From: a bacterium
Lineage (GTDB): Bacteria; Fidelibacterota; Fidelibacteria; Fidelibacterales; Fidelibacteraceae
Assembly: GCA_963676395.1 (NCBI GenBank)
Contig: OY781066.1
Coordinates: forward strand, 256,001-320,000
Length of the DNA: 64,000 bases
Direction: 5' to 3'
The translations under genes were made by a program, and so were the position numbers. A model generated the notes under the pieces. That model saw only the letters and a program-made list of their open reading frames with translations, made no database searches and was not told the DNA's origin. Below, one piece after another: positions 50,216 to 60,061 of the stretch. Numbering within the stretch: the first letter of the stretch is position 1; every line of letters starts with the position of its first letter.

Positions 50216-50341
50216 TAGTGATAAAATATTCTCACCATTGCAATTATCTATCAACCCAAGCCATAACATACAAACGGATAGATAATTTTCTTTTGGTTTT
50301 GGTATATATTTCAAATATCAGCAATATCAAGTAAGCTTTTA

Positions 50342-51274
50342 CTATATTATTTCCGCGCCCTTCTTATTGACTTTTGAAACATAACATTCATTTTTAATTT
50401 TATGTTCGTCATAAACATTGGCCATGGTCATTGCGATTTTTTCTGCATTTTTTTTCCCTTTGCACAAAGCAAATATGGTAGGACCTGAACCGGAAATACC
50501 ACAGGCTAACGCTCCGGCTTTAAGTCCGGCACTCTTAACTTCATCAAAATATGCCAAAAGATCTTTTCGCTTTGGTTCGGCAATAAGATCAACCATTGAA
50601 CGAGCTATCAGCTCCCAATCACCTTTATAAAGTGCAGCAACAAATGCACCCAAATGTGCAGATTGCTTAACCGAAAGATCTGTCTCTATTGATTGGGGAA
50701 TCACCGCTCGTGCATCTCGCGTAGCTACCGCAACATCGGGATGAACAACCGCACAATACAAATTCCCGGGATAATCCAATTGGACAATATCCAAAGGATT
50801 ATTAGAACGTATTAATGTAATACCTCCCAATAATGAGGGTGCCACATTATCCGCATGTGCCGCACCGCATGCCAAGCGTTCACCTTCCATTGCATATGGC
50901 ACCAACTCCATATTTGTAAAAGGCTTACCCAGGTATGCATTCGCAGCTACAGCCGCCGCGACAGATGATGAAGCCGAAGATCCCATACCGCTTTGTAAAG
51001 GTAAACCCTTAATCAAACGAATAGCCAGATCTTCTTTTCGCCCTAGATCATCCAACATTTTTTGTATGACCACACCGACAACATTTTTCTCAACCATTTT
51101 TGGGAGTTTACCATCATCTCCACTGATCTCGATCAAATCAAGTCCTGGATTATTGCCCTTTTCAACCGTTACAATATCCCCGGGACGTTCAAGCGCCAAA
51201 CCTAAGCAATCAAAACCAACCGAAACATTGCCGATACTGGCCGGTGCAAAAGCACAAACGCGTTTAGTTTTCAT
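50342..51274 (-). CDS. thrB: Homoserine kinase
   Basis: APASIGNVSVGFDCLG, GMGSSASS, HADNVAP, ISGSGPT. Confidence 0.95.
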   Translation of the reverse strand: MKTKRVCAFAPASIGNVSVGFDCLGLALERPGDIVTVEKGNNPGLDLIEISGDDGKLPKMVEKNVVGVVIQKMLDDLGRKEDLAIRLIKGLPLQSGMGSSASSSVAAAVAANAYLGKPFTNMELVPYAMEGERLACGAAHADNVAPSLLGGITLIRSNNPLDIVQLDYPGNLYCAVVHPDVAVATRDARAVIPQSIETDLSVKQSAHLGAFVAALYKGDWELIARSMVDLIAEPKRKDLLAYFDEVKSAGLKAGALACGISGSGPTIFALCKGKKNAEKIAMTMANVYDEHKIKNECYVSKVNKKGAEII

Positions 51275-52313
51275 AATAACCTTTCGCCACTAATAATTCG
51301 GCATTCAAAATGGCTCCGCCGGCCGCTCCGCGAATGGTATTATGTGACAAAACCGTGAATTTATAATCAAAGATCGTACATTCACGTAAACGACCAATAC
51401 TAACCGCCATACCGTTACCAAGATCCTTGTGTAATCGAGGTTGTGGAAAACGTGGATCATCAAAATAATATATCGGAGGTTTAGGTGCAAAAGGGAGATC
51501 CAATTTTTGCGGTTCAGAAGTATATTCTTTCCAGACCTTAAGGACCTCTTCTCGTTTTACTTTCTTTTTAAAAGAAATACTGACCGATTCGGTATGACCG
51601 TTAACAACAGGAACGCGATTACATGAAGCGGATAAAGTAAGATCAGAAAATTCTACTTTTTGATCATTTAATTTTCCCAGGATCTTTAAAACTTCTACCT
51701 GCATTTTTTCTTCTTCACCACCAATATAGGGGATCATATTATCTAAAATATCCAGGGATGATACACCGGGATACCCTGCTCCCGAAAGCGCCTGCATCGT
51801 AACAACAGAAACCTTATCAATGCCAAAAGCATCATCTAAAGGTTTTAAAGCAACCACCAATCCGGTGGTTGAACAATTTGGATTTGTTACAATTTTCCCG
51901 GTTTGTTTTTGTTTTTCGATCAAAGCTAGATGATCGGGATTTACATCAGGTACCAGCAAGGGAACATTTTCGCTCATTCGATGATTTTTTGCGTTTGAAA
52001 TAACCATATACCCCGCTTCGGCAAAAGCTTCTTCAATTGGACCTGCTACAGCTGCATCCAAACCACTGAAAACGATTTTACAATCTAAGTTCGGTTTGCA
52101 TTCCGAAACAACCATATTTCCGATTCGTTGATTTAAAGTTTTTTCCTGAAACCAGTTAGCTGCATGCTTATACAATTTCCCGGCAGATCTTTCAGATGCA
52201 CCTAATGCCGTGATCTTAAACCAGGGATGATCTTCTAATAATTCAATAAATTTCTGACCGACTGAACCGGTTGCACCTAAAATTCCTACTGGGATTTTTT
52301 TATTATCTGTCAT
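51264..52313 (-). CDS. asd: Aspartate-semialdehyde dehydrogenase
   Basis: GATGSVGQ, TNPNCST, QALSGAG, RVPV..GH, HNTIRGAAG. Confidence 0.96.
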   Translation of the reverse strand: MTDNKKIPVGILGATGSVGQKFIELLEDHPWFKITALGASERSAGKLYKHAANWFQEKTLNQRIGNMVVSECKPNLDCKIVFSGLDAAVAGPIEEAFAEAGYMVISNAKNHRMSENVPLLVPDVNPDHLALIEKQKQTGKIVTNPNCSTTGLVVALKPLDDAFGIDKVSVVTMQALSGAGYPGVSSLDILDNMIPYIGGEEEKMQVEVLKILGKLNDQKVEFSDLTLSASCNRVPVVNGHTESVSISFKKKVKREEVLKVWKEYTSEPQKLDLPFAPKPPIYYFDDPRFPQPRLHKDLGNGMAVSIGRLRECTIFDYKFTVLSHNTIRGAAGGAILNAELLVAKGYYEN

Positions 52314-52347
52314 TTATATTTTCCTTTTTATTTTACCTTTACTCTTA

Positions 52348-54771
52348 TTAATCATGCACCACACGGATAACATCTCCCATCATACCGCTGGCGGTTACTA
52401 ATGCACCCGCCCCGGCTCCTTTTATAACTAAGGGGTTAATTGGATAACGATCAGAATAAATGGCAACGATATTATCGGGTCCCGAAAGGTGGAAAAACGG
52501 GTGTTCATTACCTATCTCACGCAAAGCGATCTTGATTCCTTTCGGAGTTACTTCTGCGATATAGCGTAATACTTTATTTTCTTTATCCAGTCTTTGTAAA
52601 CGTTCTTTCCATTTGTTATCATCTTTAGCTAACAAATCCATTGCTTCATCAATGCTGTTTGCTTTTGCGCAAGCTTCTGAGATCAGTGGTTCGGGAATAG
52701 AATCTATCATTTCGGGTTCACAGCCGATCTCTCGTGCCAAAATCAATGCCTTCCTGGCTACATCCATTCCCCCAAGATCTTCTCGGGGATCCGGTTCGGT
52801 AAATCCCTGTTCTTTGGCAAAAAGCACCGTTTCCGAAAATGTACTTTCTAAAGAAAACGTATTAAATAAATATGACAAAGTCCCTGAAAGAATTGCCTCG
52901 ATCTTGTTGATCTTATCACCGGTTTCCAGCATACTTTGCAAGGTGGATATCACCGGTAATCCGGCCCCCACAGTTGCTTCATAACGATATTTTACTCCAT
53001 AACTCTGTGCTGTATGTTTTAATTCACGATAATAATTCATATCTCGTGTATTCGCTATCTTATTTGGGGTAACCAACGAGGCTCCCGCCGATAATATATC
53101 TTTGTATCTCAAAGCAATGTCGGCAGACGCCGTGCAATCAAGACAAAGCTTTGAGCGAGTCGGATCATTCTTGATGGCTTTAATAAATTCTTCAATTTTG
53201 GCTTCTTTACCCTTTGCTTCCAAAGCACCCAAAACACGTTCAGTGTTTAATCCGCTGGCGCGAAGTAACATCTTGCGCGAATTTGTGATCCCATTAAGTT
53301 GCAAATCGGAATCTTTTAGCAGATCAACAAATGCCGATGCTACCAATCCGCTACCGATACAGTATACCGCAGTCTTTTCCTTTATGGGAAAAAGAGCCCT
53401 ATGCAATGCATTAATCGCACGTTCTGTATCTTCGGCATCGATAACAACTGAAATATTTCTTTCGGAAGACCCCTGTGATATAGCTTTAACATTGATCCGT
53501 TTACGACCAAAAGCCGAAAATATTTCTGCTGCGATCCCGGGTTTATGACGCATTTTATCACCCACAACAGCAATAATTGCCGTATTTTTTTCCGGTGTTA
53601 CCGAATCAATTAACCCTGCTTCGATCTCAAGCTTAAAGGCTTCGTGAATAGCTTCTACGGCTGCATCAGCCTTATCCGCATCAATGGCAAAACAAATACT
53701 GTGCTCAGATGATGCTTGAGTAATAAGAATAATATTAATTTCATGTACGGCAAGACAGTCAAACAATCGCGCCGAAATCCCTCTAACACCCACCATACCG
53801 GATCCCTGTATTCGAAGAAGAGCTATATTATCAATGGAAGCGATACCGGTTGCGTGGTATTCGGCATCTGTCGCTTCACTTGAGATCAACGTGCCCATTT
53901 CTTCCGGTTTAAATGAATTCCGAATGCGTATGGGTATGTTTTTCTTCATCGCCGGAATCATCGTCGGTGGAAAAATTACTCTAGCACCAAAATGCGATAA
54001 TTCACTGGCATCCTCATAAGATATAACAGGTATGGCAAATGCATCGGGAGCAATTCTAGGATCTGCTGTCATCACCCCACTCACATCCGTCCAAATCACG
54101 ATTTCATCGGCATGTAAGGCCGATGCCAATATTGCAGCTGTATAATCTGAACCTGAGCGACCCAATGTGGTTGTTTCACCATTCTTTGCAGATGCGATAA
54201 AACCCGTACAAATATAATTCCCGGCATGCTCGTTAAAATAGTCCTGAATTCTTAAATCACTTTCATCAAAATCAACTCGCGCTTCACCATGCTTACCATC
54301 CGTTAGAATAAAATCTCGTGAATCACAGGGCAGAAAGTCTACGCCCTTGGAGCGCAATGCGAAAGATATCAAAACCGACGAAGCTCTTTCCCCGCAGCTC
54401 ATTACCAGATCACGAGTTCTGGCCGTTTCTTCCCGAAGTAAAAACATCCCGTCCAAGGTATCTCTTAATTCATGAAATATATCCGACATAGATTTCAGGG
54501 CGTCTTTACGATAATCCGGTGTCACCAAAGAAAATACGATCTGTTCATGCCGGGATATCAAATCATTTAATATCCCTTTATATGCCGGATCCCCCAGCTT
54601 TGCCAAAGCACATAAGTCAATCAAATCATTGGTCGCTCCTCCCAATGCCGAAACAACCGTGATCAAGCGCTCACCTTCATGATAAGAATTTTCAATAATC
54701 GTCAAAGCTCTCTGAATACATTCAGAATCCGCCAGTGACGACCCTCCAAATTTAATAATCTTTGTTTTCAT
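52348..54771 (-). CDS. thrA: Bifunctional aspartokinase/homoserine dehydrogenase
   Basis: KFGGSS, TTLGRSGSDYTA, two ACT domains, YEATVGAGLP, GFTEPDPREDL, GAGAGA.VTA. Confidence 0.95.
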   Translation of the reverse strand: MKTKIIKFGGSSLADSECIQRALTIIENSYHEGERLITVVSALGGATNDLIDLCALAKLGDPAYKGILNDLISRHEQIVFSLVTPDYRKDALKSMSDIFHELRDTLDGMFLLREETARTRDLVMSCGERASSVLISFALRSKGVDFLPCDSRDFILTDGKHGEARVDFDESDLRIQDYFNEHAGNYICTGFIASAKNGETTTLGRSGSDYTAAILASALHADEIVIWTDVSGVMTADPRIAPDAFAIPVISYEDASELSHFGARVIFPPTMIPAMKKNIPIRIRNSFKPEEMGTLISSEATDAEYHATGIASIDNIALLRIQGSGMVGVRGISARLFDCLAVHEINIILITQASSEHSICFAIDADKADAAVEAIHEAFKLEIEAGLIDSVTPEKNTAIIAVVGDKMRHKPGIAAEIFSAFGRKRINVKAISQGSSERNISVVIDAEDTERAINALHRALFPIKEKTAVYCIGSGLVASAFVDLLKDSDLQLNGITNSRKMLLRASGLNTERVLGALEAKGKEAKIEEFIKAIKNDPTRSKLCLDCTASADIALRYKDILSAGASLVTPNKIANTRDMNYYRELKHTAQSYGVKYRYEATVGAGLPVISTLQSMLETGDKINKIEAILSGTLSYLFNTFSLESTFSETVLFAKEQGFTEPDPREDLGGMDVARKALILAREIGCEPEMIDSIPEPLISEACAKANSIDEAMDLLAKDDNKWKERLQRLDKENKVLRYIAEVTPKGIKIALREIGNEHPFFHLSGPDNIVAIYSDRYPINPLVIKGAGAGALVTASGMMGDVIRVVHD

Positions 54772-55011
54772 CTTTTTCCAAACTTTTTTACCCCCTTATT
54801 TTATACAATTATTCGTTATATTCAAATGATTTTTGAATATTTATTGGCATTATCGCAAATATTAGCAATATTTATGTATATTTTACACATATTCACCTAA
54901 ATTTAAAATTCAAAACTTTAAATATTGATCCAAAAGTCCTCTATTTATAAATATGTGCTGGCAATGGTTTTTCTACCGTAACTTTATCGTAAAAGGAAAT
55001 CATCACAAATT

Positions 55012-55041
55012 AAAAAGGGTCGACACACAGGTCGACCCCTT
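55012..55041 (-). terminator. Terminator of the 55062-56042 gene
   Basis: AAAAA-GGGTCGAC-ACACAG-GTCGACCC. Confidence 0.75.
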
Positions 55042-55061
55042 CAATAATATTTAATAATAAT

Positions 55062-56042
55062 TTATTTCATCAGAACAATCTTTTGTGAGCTTATCACATT
55101 ACCCGCAAGCAATTTGACAATATAAACACCTGAGGGCATATTGGCGGCGTTCCAGACTAATTCATAAGCCCCCGCAGGATGCTCACCCCTATATAATGTT
55201 TCGATTAATTCACCAGAGGTGTTATATATACACAAATCTACATTACTAACGGCTGACAGCTGATAGCTGATAGCTGTGCTTGGATTAAATGGATTAGGAT
55301 AAGCTTTATTCAATACAAAATCTACCGCTTCTACGGTAGCAGAAACGTCAACACTGACTGTTTCGTGAACTTTCTCAACACCGGCGTAAGAAACATCGGC
55401 AAGAGCGTATTCATGTACACCGGGAGTTACGGCATTATCAACAACTTTGTAGTCATTACTTTCACTTGTTGTACCTGCACCATCAACTTGGGCAATCGCA
55501 TCACCGTCGCGATATACAATAAAATGTGAGTTTTCAGTTTCGGAACCGGTTGTCCACATAACTTCAACTATGCCATTTTTAGCTTTGGCGGTAAAGGATG
55601 CTAGAGTGATAGGGGTGCCAAAATCATTTACAGTAAGAAATGATGATACTTGCCCCGCAAAATCAGTCGTCGATTCGTCCCATTCAGCACTACCGTTATT
55701 ATGATAATCAAAGCCGTCTTTTGTCATTTTAAACACATAATAAAATACACCGGTAGTATCAGAAAAATCAACAACAGTTGAACACCTCTTATTAGTTCCC
55801 TCGCCATCTTCAACCCAAGGAATATCAATCCAAATCCAACCACTTCCATTTGTTGATTTACCATATCCCAAAGTTGTACTGGTCCAGCCTCCTTCACCCC
55901 ATTCGACTGCAAAAGTATATAAACCAGCGTTAATAGTATCATTTTCTTCAGCCTGCCAAACATCATATCTATGAGACCACGGTGCTGCAAAAACTAATGA
56001 TGTCAGCATTAAAACCATTAATATTGTTAACAACTTTTTCAT
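55062..56042 (-). CDS. Secreted protein with PITLASF Ig-like segment and CTD
   Basis: Signal peptide; TPITLASFTA..W.T.SETEN; AYPNPFNPSTAISYQL...QKIVLMK. Confidence 0.8.
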   Translation of the reverse strand: MKKLLTILMVLMLTSLVFAAPWSHRYDVWQAEENDTINAGLYTFAVEWGEGGWTSTTLGYGKSTNGSGWIWIDIPWVEDGEGTNKRCSTVVDFSDTTGVFYYVFKMTKDGFDYHNNGSAEWDESTTDFAGQVSSFLTVNDFGTPITLASFTAKAKNGIVEVMWTTGSETENSHFIVYRDGDAIAQVDGAGTTSESNDYKVVDNAVTPGVHEYALADVSYAGVEKVHETVSVDVSATVEAVDFVLNKAYPNPFNPSTAISYQLSAVSNVDLCIYNTSGELIETLYRGEHPAGAYELVWNAANMPSGVYIVKLLAGNVISSQKIVLMK

Positions 56043-56200
56043 ATTTTCCCCTTATTTCTCAAAAATATATCTACAAGTATCATATTTTATGAGTGTTAAA
56101 GGTATTGCGCAAGAAAAAAATATATCGTCAACACTAAGTAACCTGTATACAGTAATTCGTTTATTCGATTATCCGCACCCTTACATCAACACTTAATAAG

Positions 56201-57295
56201 CTATTTCATAAGAACAATCTTTTGATCAACGCTTGCCATATCCGTTATCATTCGTACAACATATATCCCCGAAGGAAAAACTGAAGCATTCCATTTAAAT
56301 CCATAATGACCTTTGTTTAAATATCCTTTATACAACTCATCTATCAATTTCCCTTGAATATCATATATTTTCAATTCACAGTTCGTTGCGTTTTCAATCT
56401 CTACACTTAACACAGTTAATACATTAAATGGGTTAGGTTTAACATTTAATTTTGGTTTAAAGGCATTTCCAATATTAACCCTAAGCGAATCTAAAAGATA
56501 TATTTTCCCAGCATAATCAACATCATAAAGCTTATAAATATAATCCCCAATAGTAATATCCGCATCATTATACTCATAATACTGTTTTATATTACTCGTT
56601 CCCGCGCCGGGAATGCGTGCAATACAATCGCCATTGCGTTCAAGAATAAAAGATAAATTTTCACTTTCGCTACAAGTTTGCCAAGACAAATTAATACATT
56701 GATCCAATTCTCTTGCTGTAAAAAAATCTAAAGCTAATGAAGTTGAGCTTTCGGTATCCATCTCTACTGTAAAGTTTGCGATCATATCCTGATCATCAGG
56801 ACAAATATAACATTTGCATAAAGTATCACCGGCAATACCAAGCACTGTAGCATTAATATATATTTCCAACTCATACTCACCGGTATCCAAAGGCAAAGAA
56901 AACAAAGGAATCTCTTCTTCAAAAAAAAATGAGACATACCAATATCCTGATGCATGTTGATGCACCCCCTCACATATTGGATTTAAATATATCCATTCTT
57001 TTTGACTATCTTCTTGACGATAATATCGATAAGAATAAATGAAAGAAAGCAAAGAATCGCCTTCATCAATGATTATCGTAACAGGATGATGTAATATCCA
57101 TAATTGTTCGTCAGAATCAAATGTCGCTATATGATTGCCGGAAAAAGTATTTGTTCCACGGTTATTAATAACCCAATATCCCGAGAAACTCGGTTCAGCA
57201 ATACCATAAAAAATAGTTTGATTTCCAAACTCAATTTTCGTTGCCCACAATAAAGACAAACAAAGAAATAACATGAAAAAAAGTTTCTTTTTCAT
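56201..57295 (-). CDS. Secreted protein with the same Ig-like + CTD C-terminal architecture
   Basis: Signal peptide; LDFFTA..WQT.SESEN..GAGTS; PNPFN...QKIVLMK. Confidence 0.78.
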   Translation of the reverse strand: MKKKLFFMLFLCLSLLWATKIEFGNQTIFYGIAEPSFSGYWVINNRGTNTFSGNHIATFDSDEQLWILHHPVTIIIDEGDSLLSFIYSYRYYRQEDSQKEWIYLNPICEGVHQHASGYWYVSFFFEEEIPLFSLPLDTGEYELEIYINATVLGIAGDTLCKCYICPDDQDMIANFTVEMDTESSTSLALDFFTARELDQCINLSWQTCSESENLSFILERNGDCIARIPGAGTSNIKQYYEYNDADITIGDYIYKLYDVDYAGKIYLLDSLRVNIGNAFKPKLNVKPNPFNVLTVLSVEIENATNCELKIYDIQGKLIDELYKGYLNKGHYGFKWNASVFPSGIYVVRMITDMASVDQKIVLMK

Positions 57296-57364
57296 AACGT
57301 CCCCCAGAATTTGTTATGCCATATTATACTGATTTTCAAGCAATATCAAGGTCGATTTTTCAAG

Positions 57365-57380
57365 TGTGATCCAGGTCACA
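57365..57380. promoter_or_regulatory. CRP/FNR-family operator-like site
   Basis: TGTGA-TCCAGG-TCACA matches TGTGA-N6-TCACA exactly; 70 bp upstream of the 57295 start, with a minus-strand TATAAT at 57323-57328. Confidence 0.6.
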
Positions 57381-57560
57381 TTTTTTAATTAAAAATTGAT
57401 AGTTAAAATTTAAATAATAGCTTTACGATGGTATGAAATTTTATTGAACGTATAGGCTCAACGGCAAATATTCACTGTCTATCTCTAAGCTCTCAGTACA
57501 TACAATAAAAAAGCCCCGATTCCCCGGAGCTTCTACATATATCAATAATATATCTACGTT

Positions 57561-58682
57561 CTACGTTTTACGATTTACAACATTATACTTTGCAACCGAC
57601 TTATGGTACTCAGCTTTATAGTCTTGTTGTGCCAGATAATATCGATACCAGTCACTACGATCAAAATCATTTAGTGGAATCGCTTCCTTAAATATCTTTT
57701 TGGTATTCATGCGCGACTTATAATTCTTAAAAGCATTCTCAAGCCAATAGTGTTTATTATAGACGATATCATGATCATTCGTATCAAACAGTTCATGCTC
57801 AAGAAAATATTGTTTCCAGAACTCATCCGTGTCCTCGCGGGATACATTCTTGACAAGGTGATTAAAAAAGTCGGCGTCTTCAATATTTTCAGTTTCCTCA
57901 CCACCAAAATCCGGAAATACTTTTAAAAATTCCTCAATCAGAATTTTAAATTTTTCAAAGGCTTCTTTATATCGTTGAGAGTTTATAATTAATCCCGAGG
58001 GTACAAATTCCGGTAATTGATTTTTTACGGCAACATCATACTCATAACTCCATTCTACCGATGGAAGATCAGGAACCGTTCCAACGCGACTATGACTATA
58101 CATAGGCAATATTCTTGCTAAGGTTTTAGAATGCAATTTCGGATAATTAGCAATAAACTTTGCAAGAAATCTATCACCCTTACCACTGATGGTTTCCATA
58201 TTTATACGAAATCGTCTAATCCGATTCCCTCGACTTACAACGCCACTGAATCCCTGATGGGCATAGGCATCCCCCAAAACATGAAGTATAATCCCCAAAT
58301 GAAAAGGGCTCTTCATGGCATATTTATTTTCAAGGAACTCTTTTAATATCGGCGAGTCCGGATGTGTACGAATACGCCTGTTAAAATCACCCCCTTCGCA
58401 TGAAGGGATAAAATGAAAGGGAACAAGAGTTCTCATCATCTTAGATTGATTGTAACTCCACACGGTCATGATATGTGGACAGGTAGAACAATCGTCCAAT
58501 CCCGAATTAAAGCCTATCTTTTGCAGCTCAACATTCTTAGGATATTCTTTAAAAAGAACTCTTTCTATAAGCGCATCATCAACCATTTCAGAAGAATATG
58601 CAACCTGAGAAGCGATCTTCTTCTTCATTCCAAGAAGTCTGCATAGCGCCAATACGGCATAATAATGCGAACCTTTTTCCAT
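57561..58682 (-). CDS. Hypothetical protein, DUF6765-like / Zn-phospholipase C-like metal-binding pattern
   Basis: HYYAV..L...G.....VAYSSEMVDD, PFHFIP, LGIILHVLGDAYAHQGFSG. Confidence 0.65.
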   Translation of the reverse strand: MEKGSHYYAVLALCRLLGMKKKIASQVAYSSEMVDDALIERVLFKEYPKNVELQKIGFNSGLDDCSTCPHIMTVWSYNQSKMMRTLVPFHFIPSCEGGDFNRRIRTHPDSPILKEFLENKYAMKSPFHLGIILHVLGDAYAHQGFSGVVSRGNRIRRFRINMETISGKGDRFLAKFIANYPKLHSKTLARILPMYSHSRVGTVPDLPSVEWSYEYDVAVKNQLPEFVPSGLIINSQRYKEAFEKFKILIEEFLKVFPDFGGEETENIEDADFFNHLVKNVSREDTDEFWKQYFLEHELFDTNDHDIVYNKHYWLENAFKNYKSRMNTKKIFKEAIPLNDFDRSDWYRYYLAQQDYKAEYHKSVAKYNVVNRKT

Positions 58683-58820
58683 ACATGAATATAATTGAGA
58701 ATCCGAACAGGAGAAAGGAGAATTTATTATCAATTATTAGGGGTTCAAATTCAGCGGTCTGAACGATTTTCATGTACGCTTTGACTATTATTAGTGAGAA
58801 AAAAAATACAGGACAACAAA

Positions 58821-59858
58821 ATGGAAAAGAAAAAACGAATATTATTAACGGGTGCTGCAGGAACGGTGGGATACGAGGTACTTAAACAAGTGGATGAAAG
58901 TAAATATGATTTAACTCTCTTTGACCTTGAAACGAAAAAAAATAAACGAAAATTTCGACCTTTTTCAAAGACATATAACATTATTTATGGCGATATCTCT
59001 AAACTGCATGATATTGCAAAGGCATGTAAAGATCAGGATATTGTGATCCACCTGGCGGCGATTATCCCTCCTCTTGCAGATGAAAAACCCGGATTGACCC
59101 AACGAATAAATTTTAAAGGCACCCAAAATCTCATCGAAGCGCTTAATTATCATTCTCCCAACGCATTCCTTCTTTTTGCCTCCTCCATCTCAGTATATGG
59201 TGACCGTTTAAGCACACCCGAGATCCGTGTTGGCGATACCCTGAAAGCCAGTGAAGGTGATCACTATGCCAATACAAAAATTAAAACCGAGCAATTGATC
59301 AAAGAATCGGCATTAAAATGGAGTATTTTTCGTTTAAGTGCTATCATGGGAGTAAAAAACCACAAAATATCTCCCCTGATGTTCCACCAGCCTCTTGACA
59401 CAAAAATGGAAATATGCACACCGGCAGATACGGCCCGGGCTTTTGTACATGCCATTGAAAAACTCCCTCAACTGGAATCGAAGGTCTTTAATCTTGGTGG
59501 CGGTAAAAATTGTCGCATTGAATATAAAAATTTCCTAATCCGTGCATTTAAGCTTTATGGCCTCGGTAAAGTTAATTTTCCCAAGAATGCTTTTGCGCGT
59601 CGCAACTTTCACTGTGGATACTACATGGACGGTGATGAGCTTGAAAACATCTTACATTTCAGGCAAGATACTCTTGAATCATATTTTTCTAAAGTCCAAA
59701 ATGCCATTCCGGCCATACAACGCTTTTTTACAAAAATATTTTCTCCCCTAATCAAACAACACCTGACAAATCTTTCGGAACCTCTCAAAGCCCTGCAAAC
59801 AAGCAATATACCATTGACATATCGTTTTTTTGGTGTCATGTTATCTTCTGAATTATAA
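58821..59858 (+). CDS. NAD-dependent epimerase/dehydratase (extended SDR)
   Basis: LTGAAGTVG, HLAAIIPP, ASSISVYG, YANTK. Confidence 0.9.
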   Translation: MEKKKRILLTGAAGTVGYEVLKQVDESKYDLTLFDLETKKNKRKFRPFSKTYNIIYGDISKLHDIAKACKDQDIVIHLAAIIPPLADEKPGLTQRINFKGTQNLIEALNYHSPNAFLLFASSISVYGDRLSTPEIRVGDTLKASEGDHYANTKIKTEQLIKESALKWSIFRLSAIMGVKNHKISPLMFHQPLDTKMEICTPADTARAFVHAIEKLPQLESKVFNLGGGKNCRIEYKNFLIRAFKLYGLGKVNFPKNAFARRNFHCGYYMDGDELENILHFRQDTLESYFSKVQNAIPAIQRFFTKIFSPLIKQHLTNLSEPLKALQTSNIPLTYRFFGVMLSSEL

Positions 59859-60061
59859 ATTATTTACAAAGCGGCATGATCAGAATATGGGTTGAACATA
59901 CTTTTAAAGTGAAGTAATATATTTCACTAAATCAATTATCAATTTTCACATCTTAATAATTTACCTCGAAAATTTCAACCCAAGCTCACATCCTTCCTCC
60001 TTTTTAATTTTACTTTTTACTTAAACTTAAGTATATTTAGTGTTTTGAAGAAAAGGAAGAT

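Noticed and set aside
54772..55010. Threonine attenuator or riboswitch upstream of thrA
   Set aside because: AT-rich; no Thr/Ile-rich leader, T-box or structured aptamer visible
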